Shown here piece by piece: positions 27,135 through 41,491 of a DNA stretch of 64,000 nucleotides. Position numbers and translations under genes: made by a program. Origin of the DNA: the human T2T-CHM13v2.0 reference genome, Homo sapiens. Position 1 is the first letter of the stretch, and each line of letters starts with the position of its first letter. Under the pieces are notes generated by a model. That model saw nothing but the letters and a program-made list of their open reading frames with translations, did not search any database and had not been told where the DNA came from. The stretch is from the NCBI RefSeq assembly GCF_009914755.1, contig NC_060930.1. The stretch is one strand, 5' to 3'.

Positions 27135-27545
27135 TACTTATAGGAAGTATCCAAAATAGTCAAACTCATAGAAGCAGAGAATAAAATGGTAGTTGCCAGG
27201 GACTGGGGAGAGGGAGAAATGGGGAAGTGTTCTTCAGTGGTTATAAAGTTTTTTATGCAGGATGAATAAGTTCTAATAATCTTCTGTACAACACAGTACC
27301 TGTATTAACAACAGAGTATTGTGTACTTTAATATACATTAAGAGGACAGATCTGATATTGTGTTCTTACAAGAACACACACATACAAAACAACATGAGGA
27401 AAATTTTGGAGGTGATGAATATATTCAGTGCCTTGGCTGTGGTGAAGATATCGCAGGTGTACACGTATGTCCAAACTCTTCAGGATGTATATGTTAAATG
27501 TGTACAATTTTTTGTATATCATATATATCAATAAAGCTAAAAAAT
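27135..27545 (+). mobile_element. L1MA/MB 3' end
   Basis: atagtcaaactcatagaagcagagaataaaatggtagttgccaggg...ttttggaggtgatg...caataaagct. Confidence 0.8.
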
Positions 27546-28157
27546 GAGATGCCTCATGAACTTAGACTTGAGGTGATGCTCCTAAATGAAATTATATAAA
27601 TCAATAACTAGACAAACTTTCATACAGATAAATCACTGAACACAGCGTGACATAAGAAAACATTCCTGAAGGGTTTCCTGCTCTTCTCTCTACATTATTT
27701 TTGAAATGCGATCCGCTTCATGTTAATATGACCTGTACCACATACCAGATACCAAGACAGAATACAAAAGAAAAGGGGATACAACCCTTGCCTTCAAAAA
27801 TATTAAAACATTATAAAGATTAATGAAAAAACTAATTATTCTGGTCTATTAATATAATATCTTCAAATGCATGGATTCTTATTTGTTAATACAGGCAATA
27901 TTACACATTAAAAATTCTTAAAAATCAATGAATAATAATGTATATTAGCAAGTAAATCATAAATAGAAGACGCAAAAAAACCATTGTTCGAAACAGTGTT
28001 CAGTCTCATTCAAGTAAAAATGAGAATTCAAACATAATGGAATGTTAATTTTGTGCCTAGCTTTTCAAAGGTTTAAACAAGATGAAAATAATTCTAGCAA
28101 GTTGATACTCCACCAATGGGAATGTAAACTTACAGCAATTCAGGAAGCTATTTCAAC

Positions 28158-28201
28158 AGCCTTAAAAACATTCCTAGAGAGCCTTAAAAACATTCCTAGA
28201 G
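28158..28201. repeat. Perfect 22-bp tandem duplication
   Basis: agccttaaaaacattcctagag x2 (28158-28179, 28180-28201). Confidence 0.95.
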
Positions 28202-29760
28202 ACTTCCGCTTCTAGCAAATAAAGTCAAGCCTGTAGCAGACCAACACTCCCACCAAAAACAACCAAAAAAGCTGGATAACATTTTTAAATCTCTTTGAAG
28301 ACATCTGAGAGCCACCAAAGCAGGGAGAACCTGAGAGGCTACGATCTGAGAGAAATGAAGTATAGAAAAGTGAGGCACTCTGCAATTCGTGTTATTTTTC
28401 ACCTGAAGGCATGAGCTAATTCTGAAATGCTAGCTCAGAGGTTTTCTCAAGGCAGCTGAGAAACCGAGAGCCTGCAAAGTGGCAGCTGAAAGGATTAAAA
28501 GCTGCTGAAAAGCTTGAAAGTCTGGTAAAAGAGGCAGCTGAAATGCTGGGAAGCTAAGCAGAGCACAGTCTCAGTGGGCTGGAAGCTGGCGTTCTGGGTT
28601 CATGGAAAGGTTGGGGGAAACAACATCTGAAAGATGTCACTCTTGGAATAGGCATGAAGAAAAAAATTGAATAGCCCTCCAATATAACAACCAAATATCA
28701 GCCTCTAATTAGCTCGTTTAAGTTTCTTAATATTTATTAAGTTTCCAAATCAAATATATTTTTAAGGCACAAACAGGATGTCAAAAGCACTGGCTATAAA
28801 GAGTGATAAACTCAGCAAAAGGTGAAATTATAAGAACAGAAAGGCAAGCCAAAAGGCAGAAGACATTTGCAATCACTAAAGACAAAGGACTCATCCTTTG
28901 AATATATATATTTAAATGGCAACAAATTGATAAGAAAAAGATAAACAACCCAGGCTGAAAGATAGGCAAAGGATTTGAACAAAAACTTCACAAACATATC
29001 CAAACGGCCAAAACAAAACAGTACAAAACAAAATCCACAACATATGTAAACATGTTCTTCCTCAACACTCATCAGGGAGATGCAAATAAAAATCACAATA
29101 AAATAAAAATCCAACAGAATGACTAAAGTTGAAAATATATATATATATAAAATATACCAAATACTGACCAGGATGTGGTACACATGAAACTTTCATTCAT
29201 TGGGAGTGGAAATGGGTAACTAGATAACAGTATGCTGTCTATGGTAAATTTGTAGTTATGCCTGCTCTGTTACCCAGTAATCCCACTCCTGAGTAATGAA
29301 CAGAAATACTTAGATTTGTACACCAAAAGTTAAATACAAGTATATTCCTAGAAGCATTATTTGAAATATTAGAACAGCAAAAATGTCCATCAATAGAACT
29401 GATAAATCAACGTCATTATATTCATATAATCAAATACTACACAGCCACGAAAATGGGCAAAACTACTATAACGCAACACATGGATGAATCTCACAAATAT
29501 AACATTGAACAAAAGACAGACACAAATATGTATATACAATATTATTCAATTTATATAAAATTCAAACACAGGCAAAATTCATCTATGTTAGTAGTTTATT
29601 GGTTACCTTTGGGGAAGAGTAGGAGTTATGACTGGGAAAGGGTTTCTGGGAGGTTCATATATTCATTTTTTTTTCAAATTTCACTGAACTGTGCCCGTAT
29701 GATTGGTGCGTCTTTCTGCTTGTTATGTAAAACTTCAAAAAGTTTATGAAAAATATTAAA
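28198..29760 (+). mobile_element. Old L1M remnants (5'UTR-like ~28198-28700; ORF2 C-term and 3'UTR ~28760-29760)
   Basis: gagacttccgcttct L1M-type start; gacaaaggactcatc, catggatgaatctcacaaa and tcaatttatataaaattcaaa L1ME-type motifs. Confidence 0.65.
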
Positions 29761-29966
29761 ACTTTCTAGAAATTTTACTTCTCAGGATCCATACTTAAGA
29801 AATAATTTTATACTACCCAAAGCAATCTATAGATTCACAGCAATCTCTCAAAATGCCAATGATATTCTTCATAGAAATATTTTTTAAAATGCTAAAATTT
29901 CTATGGAGCCACAGAAGATCCCTTATAGCCAGAGTAATCCTGAGCAAAAAGTTAAAAAAATTTCAT

Positions 29967-30262
<296 letters not shown>

Positions 30263-30510
30263 TTTTCATGTACGTCATAGTAAGAAATTTGAAGCAATCC
30301 TAAGGTTTACATTTAAAAAACAGAATTATGTGATTTATAAAATAGAATGCTGTACAGCAACTAAAACTGTTTTTGAAGAGTATTTAATGACACATGAAAA
30401 TATTATGCTAGCATATTGAGTGAAGAAAAGCTGTATACATAATATGTTCCCACTATGTTTTGAAATTTTTTTCAAAGAATTAGAAGAGAACATATCAAAA
30501 TATTAACACA

Positions 30511-31492
30511 CATCAGGGTGAACAGGCAACCCAAGAATGGGAGAAAATTTTTGCAATCTACCCATCTGACAAAAGTCTAATATCCAGAATCTACAAGGAA
30601 CTTAAACAAATTTACAAAAAGAAAACAAATCAAAAAGTGGGTAAAGGATGTGAACAGACAATTGTCAAAAGAAGACATTTATGCAGCCAACAAACATAGG
30701 AAAAAAAGCTCATTATCACTGGTGATTAGAGAAATGCAAATCAAAACCACAAGATACCATCTCACACCAGTTAGAATGGTGATCATTAAAAAGTCAGGAA
30801 ACAACGGATGCTGGAGAGGTTGTGGAGAAATAGGAACGCTTTTACAGTTGGTGGCAGTGTAAATTAGTTCAACTATTGTGGAAGACAATGTGGTGATTCC
30901 TCAAGGATCTAGAACCAGAAATACCATTTGACCCAGCAATCCCACTACTGGGTATATACCCAAAGGATTATAAATTATTCTGCTATAAAGACACATGTAC
31001 ACATATGTTTACTGCAGCACTATTTACAATAGCAAAGACTTGGAACCAAACCAAATGCCCATCAATGATAGACTAGATAAAGAAAATGTGGTATATATAC
31101 ACCATGGAATACTATGCAGCCATAAAAATGAATGAGTTTATGTCCTTTGCAGGGACATGAATGAAGCTGGAAACCATCATTCTCAGCAAACTAACGGGAA
31201 CAGAAAACCAAACACAGCATGTTCTCACTCTTAAGTGGCAGCTGAACAATGAGAACACATGGAGACAGGGAGGGGAACATCACACACTGGGGCCTGTCGG
31301 GGTGCAGGGGGACAGGGGAGGGAGAGCTTTAGGACAAATACCTAATGCATGCAGGGCTTAAAACCTAAATGGGGGTTGATAGGAGCAGCAAACCACCATG
31401 GTACATGTATATCCATGTAATAAACCTGCATGTTCTGCACATGTATCCCAGAACTTAAAGTAAAATAAAATAAAAAGAAAGAAAAAGAAAAA
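30511..31492 (+). mobile_element. L1PA (PA7/8-like) 3' ~1 kb
   Basis: ORF2 C-terminus ([28 protein letters not shown]), 3'UTR and A-rich tail. Confidence 0.92.
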
Positions 31493-31536
31493 CCCAACTA
31501 AATTGCCAAAAAAAAAAACAAAAAAACAAAAAAAAA

Positions 31537-31797
31537 CGGGTAGATCACGAGGTCAGGGATGGCTGGCTAACATGGTGAAACCCTTCTCTACTAAAAATAC
31601 AAAGACAAAATTAGCTAGGCGTGGTGGCGGGCGCCTGTAGTCCCAGCTGCTCTGGAGGCTGAGGCGGGAGAATGGCGTCGACCCGGGAGGCGGAGCTTGC
31701 AGTGAGCTGATATCGCTCACTGCACTCCAGCCTGGGCAACACAGCGAGCCTCTGTCTCAAAAAAAAAAAAAAAACAAACAAACAACAACAAAAAAAA
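31537..31797 (+). mobile_element. 5'-truncated AluY with internal deletion
   Basis: gatcacgaggtcagg...gaatggcgtcgacccgggaggcggagcttgcag. Confidence 0.9.
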
Positions 31798-32809
31798 TTC
31801 GACCAGTAGGACAGTCTGTGGTACATTCTCCTCCAGCTTTTCTTTCCCTTACTTTCCAAATCTTGTAAAATGAGTAGTTTTCTTATAGTCAGAAAATAAA
31901 ATCTTCTTGAACATTTCATATTATAAATATATGTTAATATTTGCTTTCAATGATCATAAAACATATTCCTTAAAAAAAACTCTGTTCCTTAGGAAATACG
32001 TTAAGACAGCAAAATAAGCATTCTCCGGCCTATCTCATCATGCCTGCTGTCCATGGGTAAAACAAAATAAGGTATTTAGACATTTAGAAACTAGTGACAG
32101 GAGGAACTACTCAAATGGCAATTGTTAAGTAAGTGTTACTATTATTATGCAAGAAATGTATTCTCATCGGTAAAGGGCACATGTTTCTTATGAAAATAGG
32201 ATTTTGTTATCCCCTAAAGAATAAAATTTAAATATGGTGCTTTACCTAGTCACTACTTTTAAGTGTACCCCATATTTCCTGCAATTACTTACCTAGTAAT
32301 CTAAAAAAACAGTCTTTATCTTTTTATATTAATCTCTAGGTCACCTTTCTGGTTTCCACAAATATTACCTCAGAATCAGTGTAATTTTTTTAAAAAAAGC
32401 AAAATGAGCCAAAAAAGCATGCTTATTTTGTTATTTTCATGCTATTCCACGAGAATTTTTTTTTCATCCAGCTTTAGCATTGAACTGAATTTCTGGGTAG
32501 AGTTCAGCATGCCACTCACTTTTTTAACCTGTTCCCTTAGCAACTCTGTACTCATCTGACCCCATATGCCTATCTTCACAATTAGACATTTAATTTTTCC
32601 TTAATCTACCACAAATTTCCAAGGACTTAGAATTAGTTTATCTAATCAAAACTAAATGTTTATACCATCATATCAGTGGTATTTCTTCTAAAAATGCTGG
32701 TACTCTCTTCACTGCCTCTCACTACAAATGATTTTGGCGTGTTCTTTGGAGGGAATAAAAAGTCAGTCGGGGAAACAATAGTCTATCTATTGAGCACTCC
32801 CACACTCTT

Positions 32810-33030
32810 CCTCCAGAAGCTCATTGTGCCCACCTTGGCAGTGGTCAGAGGGCCTGGTTGCTATTTACAAACTGTGTGTCACTGGGCAGGTTACTGAACC
32901 TCAGGTTTTTCATCAGAAAAATGGAGATGATCATAGTGCAGTTTAGCTCATGAAGCTATAGCAAAGATTAAGCGAGATAGCAAATGTCAAGTATTGACAC
33001 ATAGTGCTCAATACATACGCACTAGCAGTT
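32810..33030 (+). mobile_element. MIR
   Basis: actgtgtgtcactgggcaggttactgaacctcaggtttttcatcagaaaaatggag. Confidence 0.6.
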
Positions 33031-34652
33031 TCACTTAAGTCAGAAAAGAAAATCACATCCTCTACAACACCAACCTTTCAGTGACATTTAGGATTCTACT
33101 CCTTCATCCTTGCAAATGACTATTTTTCCATACCTCACCTCAAACTGAGTTTAAACCTCTTTCTCACTTTAAGATTCTGCGCTGTGATTTTGATCAGATG
33201 CCTTCGTTTCTCTTCCTCTAACTCACCCTTTTATTTCAGAAAAGTGACTTTCAAATCTCTTTTCAGAACAAAAAAAGGTACAGCTTCTTTTGTCTTTTCA
33301 CTACTTTAAACAGTGGCAGAATTCTATATAATTCTTACTCAACTTTCTAGGAATAGTCTACTACAACTATGCCCAGATTATTCCTCTATCCCCAGATGCA
33401 ACTGTAATCTGACTTACTTGTTTTTCATAATAACACTTTTTGTTGCTGACTGTGATTATCCCTGAGAGCTCCAGCCAAGTCAATTCAACAAATAGGTCTC
33501 AGGCAACAATCATGTACCAAGACCATATATGACATGATGTCTACTAAAAACAAGTGAAAGACATACATATATATACCACGGTCTCCTCTTTCTTCCCACA
33601 TCAGATAACATGACTATCTGAGATGGTTCAAGCATAATCTCTTGGCGTAACAGACACATCTGTTAGACTCCCTACCCTACCACCCTACCTCTCCCCCATC
33701 AACCAGGTACCTCGTTTCCAAGGATATAATAGAAATTTCATAGAACGTAGAATCAGAAGACCTTCACAACACCATCAGATACCTCAAATAACCTCATGAT
33801 TGTATATACAACAGTCAACCATACACACACACACTTAAAAAAAAAAATCAAAGGATGGATCCTCAGTCCTTTGGTCTTGCACTATGTAAATGTAATGCAT
33901 TACCATAGCAAATTCCAATAATGAACACAAAGAAAAATATAGAACTATGAAATTTTGTCATGAGTGGGAAACCAGAAAATAACACAAGGGAAACATCACT
34001 GAAATAAAGATCATTCTGCTCTAACGTACACCATTTCAAAATAGGATTGGTGAAGAGCAATGTTGACTCATCCTCAAAAAAAACGGCAAATCTGTTTTGA
34101 CCTTGATTCACTGCTATGATCAAAATAATTATGGTTAACTTGGGAAGGTTCCGAAAAAAAGGTTCTAAAGGTCATACTAAAAATACTTAGAATTTTAAAA
34201 TCTATGAAATAAGACTTCAGTTTTAGTATTCAAAGTGGCCACCAGATAAAGACAAAAGAAATGTTGACAGCGTCATCATGTGCCAACTGAAATTACCTTC
34301 ACTTGCCATCTTTCCCTGATACTCAGTCTTCCACCACGCTATCCATGTATACTATATAAATCTTTGGCATATACTTTTCAACTTGACTTACACACTTCTT
34401 TAAATACATTTCCATCCTTCCCTTAACAAACAGTTGCTAAGCACCTGCTCTAAGCCAGCTTCTGACTAAGCACTGCTTACAATGGGAAACAAACTGGATA
34501 TATCTCCTGATCTTATGTAACTTACAAGTTTATCAGGGAGACTCACACTAAATACATGGTAACTACTGGGTTATGCCATGATGTATGTTCTGTGAAGAAA
34601 AACTCAGGATGCTACAAGAGTGAAAAACAGTGAAAACATAATTCCTCATTTA

Positions 34653-35785
34653 CAGTCATGTACTGTTTAATGACATTTTAGCTAAGGGCAGACCACTATA
34701 TAAGATTATAATGGAGCTGAAAAATTCCTTTCATAAGATTATAATGGAGCTGAAAAATTCCTATCACCTAATGACATCGTAGCCATCATGGCTTTGTAGT
34801 ACAACACAATATTCATGTGTTTGCAGTGATGCTGGCATAAATGAACCTTCTGTGCTGCCAGTTGTATAAAAGTCTAGCACATACAGCACATAATACTGAA
34901 CAAACATAATAAAGGATGTTACTGCTTTATGTATTTACTACTCTATATTTTTAATTTTTATTTTAGAGTACTACTTATTAAGATTTCTAAAAGTTAACAT
35001 AAAACAGCCTCAAGCACATCCTTCAGGAAGTATTCCAGAAGAAGGCATTGTTATCACAGGAGATGACGGCTCCATGTGTTATTGCCCCTGAAGACCTTCC
35101 GGTGGGACAAGCTATAGAAGTGGAAGACAGTCATATTGGCCCTGTGTAGGCCTAAGTTATTGTGTGTGTTTGTGTCTTAGTTAACAAAAAAGCTTAAAAG
35201 TTAACAAAATTTTAATAGAAAAAGGCATATAGACTAAAGATATAATGAAAACATTTGCATACAAATGTACAATGCATTCATGTTTTAAGATGTTATTACA
35301 AAAAATGAAAAAGTTTTAAGAAATTTAAAAGTGTATAAAGTAAAAAATTTACAGTAAGGTATTGAAGAAATTTTAAAAATAAATTTAGTGTCACCTAGGT
35401 ATATTGTGTTTATAAAGTCTACAGTGGTGTACATTAATATCCCAGACTTTCACGTTCACTTACCACTCACTCATTGACAGAGTAATCTTCCATCCTGCAA
35501 GCTCCATTCATGGTAAGTGCTCTATATGGGGTACCATTTTTTCTCTTTTACACCATATTTTTACTGTACCTACGTTTAGATATATAAATGCTTACAGTTG
35601 TGCTACAATTGCCTACAGTATTCAATACAGTAACATGCTTTACAGGTTTGTAGCCCAGAGACAATAGCCTACACCATAATATAGCCTAGGTGTAGAGCAG
35701 GCTTACCATCTAGGCTTGTGTAAGTGCACACTATGACGTTAACACAATGAAGAAATTGCCTCATGACTCACTTCTCAGAACATTT
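34653..35785 (+). mobile_element. Tigger3b-like (TcMar) DNA transposon
   Basis: TA|CAGTCATG start, ataagattataatggagctgaaaaattcctatcaccta, cagaagaaggcattgttatcacaggagatgac; terminal cttctcagaac with eroded 3' TIR. Confidence 0.88.
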
Positions 35786-38700
35786 ATGTGTACATGTTTT
35801 CTTATAACACTCTCTAAATCTCATGCTCTATGATAGTATGGTATTATCCACTAAGATGAATCTCTAAGTAGTAGGCTAAAGACTAGTGTATTTTAGTCTT
35901 GGAAGTTATAGTTTATTTGTTATAGTTTGGTAGGCAAAGAGTGGGAAAGAATAGGTCCTGGGGAATAAGAGCAGAAAGAAAATAAATAAAGACCAAAAAC
36001 AGATGTCTTTCACTGTAATAGATAAATTTTTACAATATGCATGTGGTCCTGAAAAAAAGTCTTCTAAAATCAAATTGCTGGCAAACCATTTTAAATTCAA
36101 GAATATTTAATGTTTCTTGAAACCTCACTAGCAGAAAGACTCTACTGAATCCTGCTATAAAGCAGAATTCATCTAAACAAAATCTAACTCCTCTAAAACA
36201 ATCCCATTTCTACTATTTCTAAATTTTAATATTCAGTCAAGTTTCCTGTGCAACCAACAAATGGAAAGGACTACTCCAAGTAAAAGGGCTACATAATTAT
36301 CATTCTAAATTCGAAGTACTGCATGTCACCTACCAACATAAACCCTGCTCACTCCCCACCAAAAATACGCCTTAGCAAAAAAAAAAAAAAGTCTTAAAAC
36401 CTGCACTATTCATTTTGAACTTTTAAAAAAATGAAAAAAAAAAAATGATAAAATGGCTGTGTTCTTAACACCAAAGAACAATTTATCATCATGCACCACA
36501 GTCACAAGGGAGAAAGGGTCCAGTGGGAGGTTGTGGTGTTTGGTTGTTACTGGGTTTCCCACTGATAGTGTCGTGAGTTATTGTCCCCACATAGTAAGAC
36601 ACCTGCCACTAGTCTTCTAGTTCTCTGCTCAAAGATTAAAGCAACACTAAAAGCTTTGCAAGATTACAAAGAGCTGACGCAACTGATATTAAGACTGGTA
36701 AGACCAAAGGCCCATAGGAAATTCAATGGCTCACCGTGCACACAATAGTCAGAAACACAATTCCTGGATTTTCTCTCAAACCAAAGGTGCAGAAACAAAA
36801 GTATGAAATATTGTTTATAAATATCACTGCTTAAACTTATGTAAAGTTTTTCCATTTGTATTATACCTCACTCATGCTCAATCCTCATTTTATTTCTTCT
36901 AGCAAATAGGGCCCATGAGAGATTGACTAACACCAGAAAGTGATGTGTATATGTGTATGTATGTGTATACTCAATATATATTCAATTAGGGCGGGAACCA
37001 CTGCAACAATGTGGCCCAAATGCTGAGTTTGTATAATAGGTAATGAAACAAATGTGAAAATTCTCATATGCAGAATATTTATTACACTGGAATTGAGCAG
37101 GAAAAAAATCAGACTTGAACATAGGGTCTGGGAGAAACAACATTCAGTGAAATGATCAACTCTCAAGTTTGTATAAGATAAAAAAGAAAATTCTCCCTCC
37201 TACAAGGGCCACAAACTGAATGGATTCTTTATAAAATGTGGCTTTTGATATGGAGTGTCTTCTACCTACTTAAAAAAAATAGCTACTAGAGGGACTGTTT
37301 TCAGGAACTTTATTCCAACCTAGAATCTAGATATGAGCAAAGATCTTACCAAAGTGAGATTCTTTTATGTATGCTTCAAAGATTATTTCCATTTTGGTGC
37401 CTGTTTACTCAAGGTGAGGAAAAGTAAAAGGACAAAAAGACTTTAAAACTGAAAATGTAAAAAGAGCACAGAAAATAGTAAAAGCTTAATTTTATGACAT
37501 GGAAGCTTAATTTTAGTCCATAATCACCTGATGAATGGAATCATTCCCCAAAAATAATCAAGCTAATTACCTTAGTCTTTTTTTTTATTTATTCAGCTTC
37601 ATTTACTACTATACTTGCTTTTATTGTTAACCTACAGCAACTGAGTATTGAGAGATATAATGCTGAAGTTCTTCAACTCTTTCTAGTAACTAACTGTTCA
37701 TCATAACCAAGGCTGCATCCACATCACCGTATCATGTAGGATTAAAAGTAAAAATTTGAGGATGTTATAAAAACTAAAATATAAAAAATAAAAAGAATAA
37801 AAACAAACATTTCTTTAAAATGTTTACCAAGATGTACCATTTCAAATAAGCATAAAATAACTATTCATTTTTAAAAGTGAAGTACCCAGAAGAACCCTGC
37901 AGTCTGCCATCTTTAACTTGCTTTTGAGAATATAAATAAGGAATCTGTGAACCATGGGTGGCTTTTTAACTTTACCTACTACCATTTTAAAGGCAAAGCC
38001 TAGATATATGAAGGAACAGAAAGCTAAATGTGACTGGCAGTGTCTTTCCAGCTGGAAGATGAAACCAAACTTAAAACAAGGAGCTGGTAATAACTTTCTA
38101 AAAAATAAAATACAAAACTAAATACTAAATGACTGTAAACAAAATGAAGTTTGAGACTCAAGAACAGAAAGTGCTGACAACAACATCATATACAGAAATT
38201 TCTAATTTATTAACAAAGAAAAATGTCAAATTAAAAATTGAAATTAAAAAGAGAAAGGTATTTTGCTATCATATTGTAATACATTAATGTCTGCTTTTTC
38301 TTTTCAAAAGCAAACACTCTACAGTAAGATTAGTTAAGGTCTGCTTATTAACCTGAATAACAAACATATTCTATTTTATACATGTTTATGATCCCAGAAA
38401 TAAAATAGTGTCTTTAGTATAGTCAAATTAAAAGCATTTGAGTTGCGATTACAGAATTAGAATATTTGTCAGAAGACCTCAATGGCAACCAGGGACTTCA
38501 TGGGGCCAATATTTGCTAGGGTAAAAGTGAACAAAAAATAAACTCTACCATGTCAAAAGAAAACGGAAATAAAAATTATATTTTATTGCATGAAGAAAAT
38601 ACATCATGGAAAAAAGAAAATAATCTCTCCCAAAAGATCTGTAACCACAAGGTACATTTTAAGAAATAAAGCATCATCAAACAGAAATCTGATTTAAAAT

Positions 38701-39875
38701 GTGCCGAAGTCAGTACAGCACCCAAGCTAGCAGGCAACAGCAAATGTATTTCCCCTCTGGAGGAACTCACCTTCATCACAGGCCTGAAATAATTACCACA
38801 AAGTTCCAAGGCAAGTGAACACAGTCTAAAAAAAAAAAAAAACCACAAAAACCTCAAAATAAAGCAAAATAAAGCAACATGAGTGATTAAGGGCAAGGGG
38901 AAAAAAAGACAAACTCACAAAAGACTTCAGTTATGAAAATTATTAGACAAAGAATATAAAAATAATAAATGGTTAGAATTATGACCAGAAGACAAGCAGA
39001 TTTGAAAATAAAGTTCCATATATGAAAAATATAACTGATATTAAAAACTAAATCGACAAAGTGGCGTATTAGACATAGTTGAAGTGAATAAACTGCAAGT
39101 TAGAACATAAGAAATTTTTCCAAATACAATCAAGCGAAAACAATGAAAGATAAAAGAGATGAACTAAGGAAGAAAAACATAGAAAGTCTACCAGACATGG
39201 AATTGGAGTTCCAGAAGATCATAAAATTAATGAGAAAATATTCAAAAGGATTGTAAATAGAAGTTTCCAGAATTCCTGAAAAATGCTAGTCCTCAATGTA
39301 GCCTATCTAATGCCAAATAAGAGATGTTAAAATTCATACCCAAAAACATCAGATCAAAAATTCAGAATAGACAGAGATAATATCTTCAAGGAGAAAGAGA
39401 GTATCTTCAAAAGATCTTAGAAGGAACCAGAGTTTGGAAAGATAGATTCCCTGACAAAGAAAAAAATGAGCTTGACTGCTTTATTCTCAATGATAATAAT
39501 AAAATTCAGAAGACAATGAAATGATATTTTTGATACTTCCTTTCAGCAAATTAAATTAAATTAAAAGGATTGTCACAAACAAAAATCTCTCTCTCTCCCT
39601 CTTCTCTCTTTCACACATACACACACACACTCAGTAAAGGAAAATTAAAGGATATATGTCAGGCAAAAAAGAAATGATCCCAGATAGAAGGTCTGATAGA
39701 CAAGAAGAAACTGGGTGGAAAGATAATAATGAATAAAGAACTAAATATAACAGATACTGTATAAAGCAATAAAAGTAATTTCTAACTTGAGAGAGAAAAA
39801 ACAGGCTAGAACTAAAATACTCAACAACAATGACATGCAAGTTGGAGGAAGGTATCATAAGAGTTAAACAATTCC

Positions 39876-40223
39876 TAAGAAATAAAATGCCACAGACTGG
39901 GTGGCTTGAACAATAGAAATTTATTTTCTCACAGTTCTGGGGGCTAGAAGTCCAAGATCAAGGTACTATCGGGATGCATTTCTGGTGAGGCCTCTCTTCC
40001 TGGTTTGTAGACACGTATGATCTTACATGGCCTTCCCTCTGTGTATGCAGAGGGAGAGAGAGATCTCTGTACCTCCACAGAGATCTTATTGGATCAGGGC
40101 CCTACCCTTATAGTCTTATTTAATCTTCATTACCTCCTTATAGGCCCTATCTCCAAATATAGTCATATTGGGGATTAGGGCTTCAGCATATGAATTTTGG
40201 GGGATACAATTCAATTCCGTAAT
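39876..40223 (-). mobile_element. MLT1A-type MaLR LTR
   Basis: ccacagactgggtggcttgaacaatagaaatttattttctcacagttctgg...gcttcagcatatgaattttgggggatacaattca. Confidence 0.85.
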
Positions 40224-41193
40224 AGAAGGCAAAGATATTAACTTTAGACTAGAAAGAGTATATATTAAAATTGTCTGGGTAACCACTAAAATAATAGATG
40301 TAGAACTTATAGGTAATCTCCTGACCCCCCAAATAAAAACAGTAAAAAAAAAAAAAAAAAATGGTAGGGGCAGAGGGTCAGTCTATCCAAAAGAAGGCAA
40401 GAAAGGAAAGAAGACAAAGAAAAAGCAGAATAGAAAATACATAATAATATGATAAATAAATCCAAGTCAGTCTTCATTCTAAATATAAAGAGACTAAACT
40501 CTCCAGTTAAATGCAAAGATCCAGCTATATGCTATTTACAAGAGACACATCTAAAATCATAAGGATATAGATCCAACTTTAAAGCCAACAAGTAGGGAAA
40601 GGTGTGTCAAGCCCATCATAATCTATAGGGGACCCTTCATCGTTGTATTACTATCAAAGAAAAAGAGACTTTAATTCAAACAATACTATTAGAGATACAG
40701 AAGGTATGACATATGACAAAAGGGTTAATTTCCCACAAAAATATTTAAAAATCTAAACTTGTATGTATCTAATAATAAACCTCAAAAACATATAAAGTAA
40801 AAGGTGAATTAACCAGATGAAAATAATAAATCCATAATTATAATCTCTCAGTAATTAAATGATCAAGTAGATAAAAACATGAAGAAGGATAAAGATTTAA
40901 ATAGCACATTTAAAATTTTCATCTTATAGATACACATGAAACTGCATCCAGTAGCTAGAGAATACACATCGTTTTAAAGCTACACGTGGAACACTTATTT
41001 GTAGAGAACACCTGCCATTGTCCATGGAGCTAACCTTAACAAGCATCAAAGAACTGGTAAGATACAGACCACATCCTCTGACCATATCACAAATAGTTTA
41101 GAGATCACCTACAACCACAACAAAATATGCTTAGAAATTAGGAAACATGATTCTCATTAACTCATGGATCAAACAAATCATAGAAAATACTTA

Positions 41194-41491
41194 GGACAGG
41201 CACGGTGGCTGATGCCTGGAATCCCCACACTTTGAGAAGCTAAAATGGGAAGATGGCTTGAGCCCATGAGTTCAAGACCAGCCTGGACAACACAGTGAGA
41301 CTTCATCTCTACAAAAAATAAAAATAAAAAAAAATTAGACAGGCATAGTGGCATGCACCTGTAGTCCCAGTTATTCAGGGGGCTGAGGTGAGGAGATCGT
41401 TTAAGCCCAGGAGGTCAAGGCTACAGTGAGCCATGATCACACCACTGCACTCCAGCCAGGACAAAGGAATGAGAACCTGTCTTAAAAACAA
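41194..41491 (+). mobile_element. AluJ
   Basis: 12-bp TSD agaaaatactta (41182-41193, 41492-41503). Confidence 0.92.

Noticed and set aside
32286-32310. TTTTTTTAG-ATTACTAG|GTAAGT on the minus strand as a recursive splice site or microexon
   Set aside because: Short pyrimidine tract and only a 37-kb intron; unsupported without RNA data.
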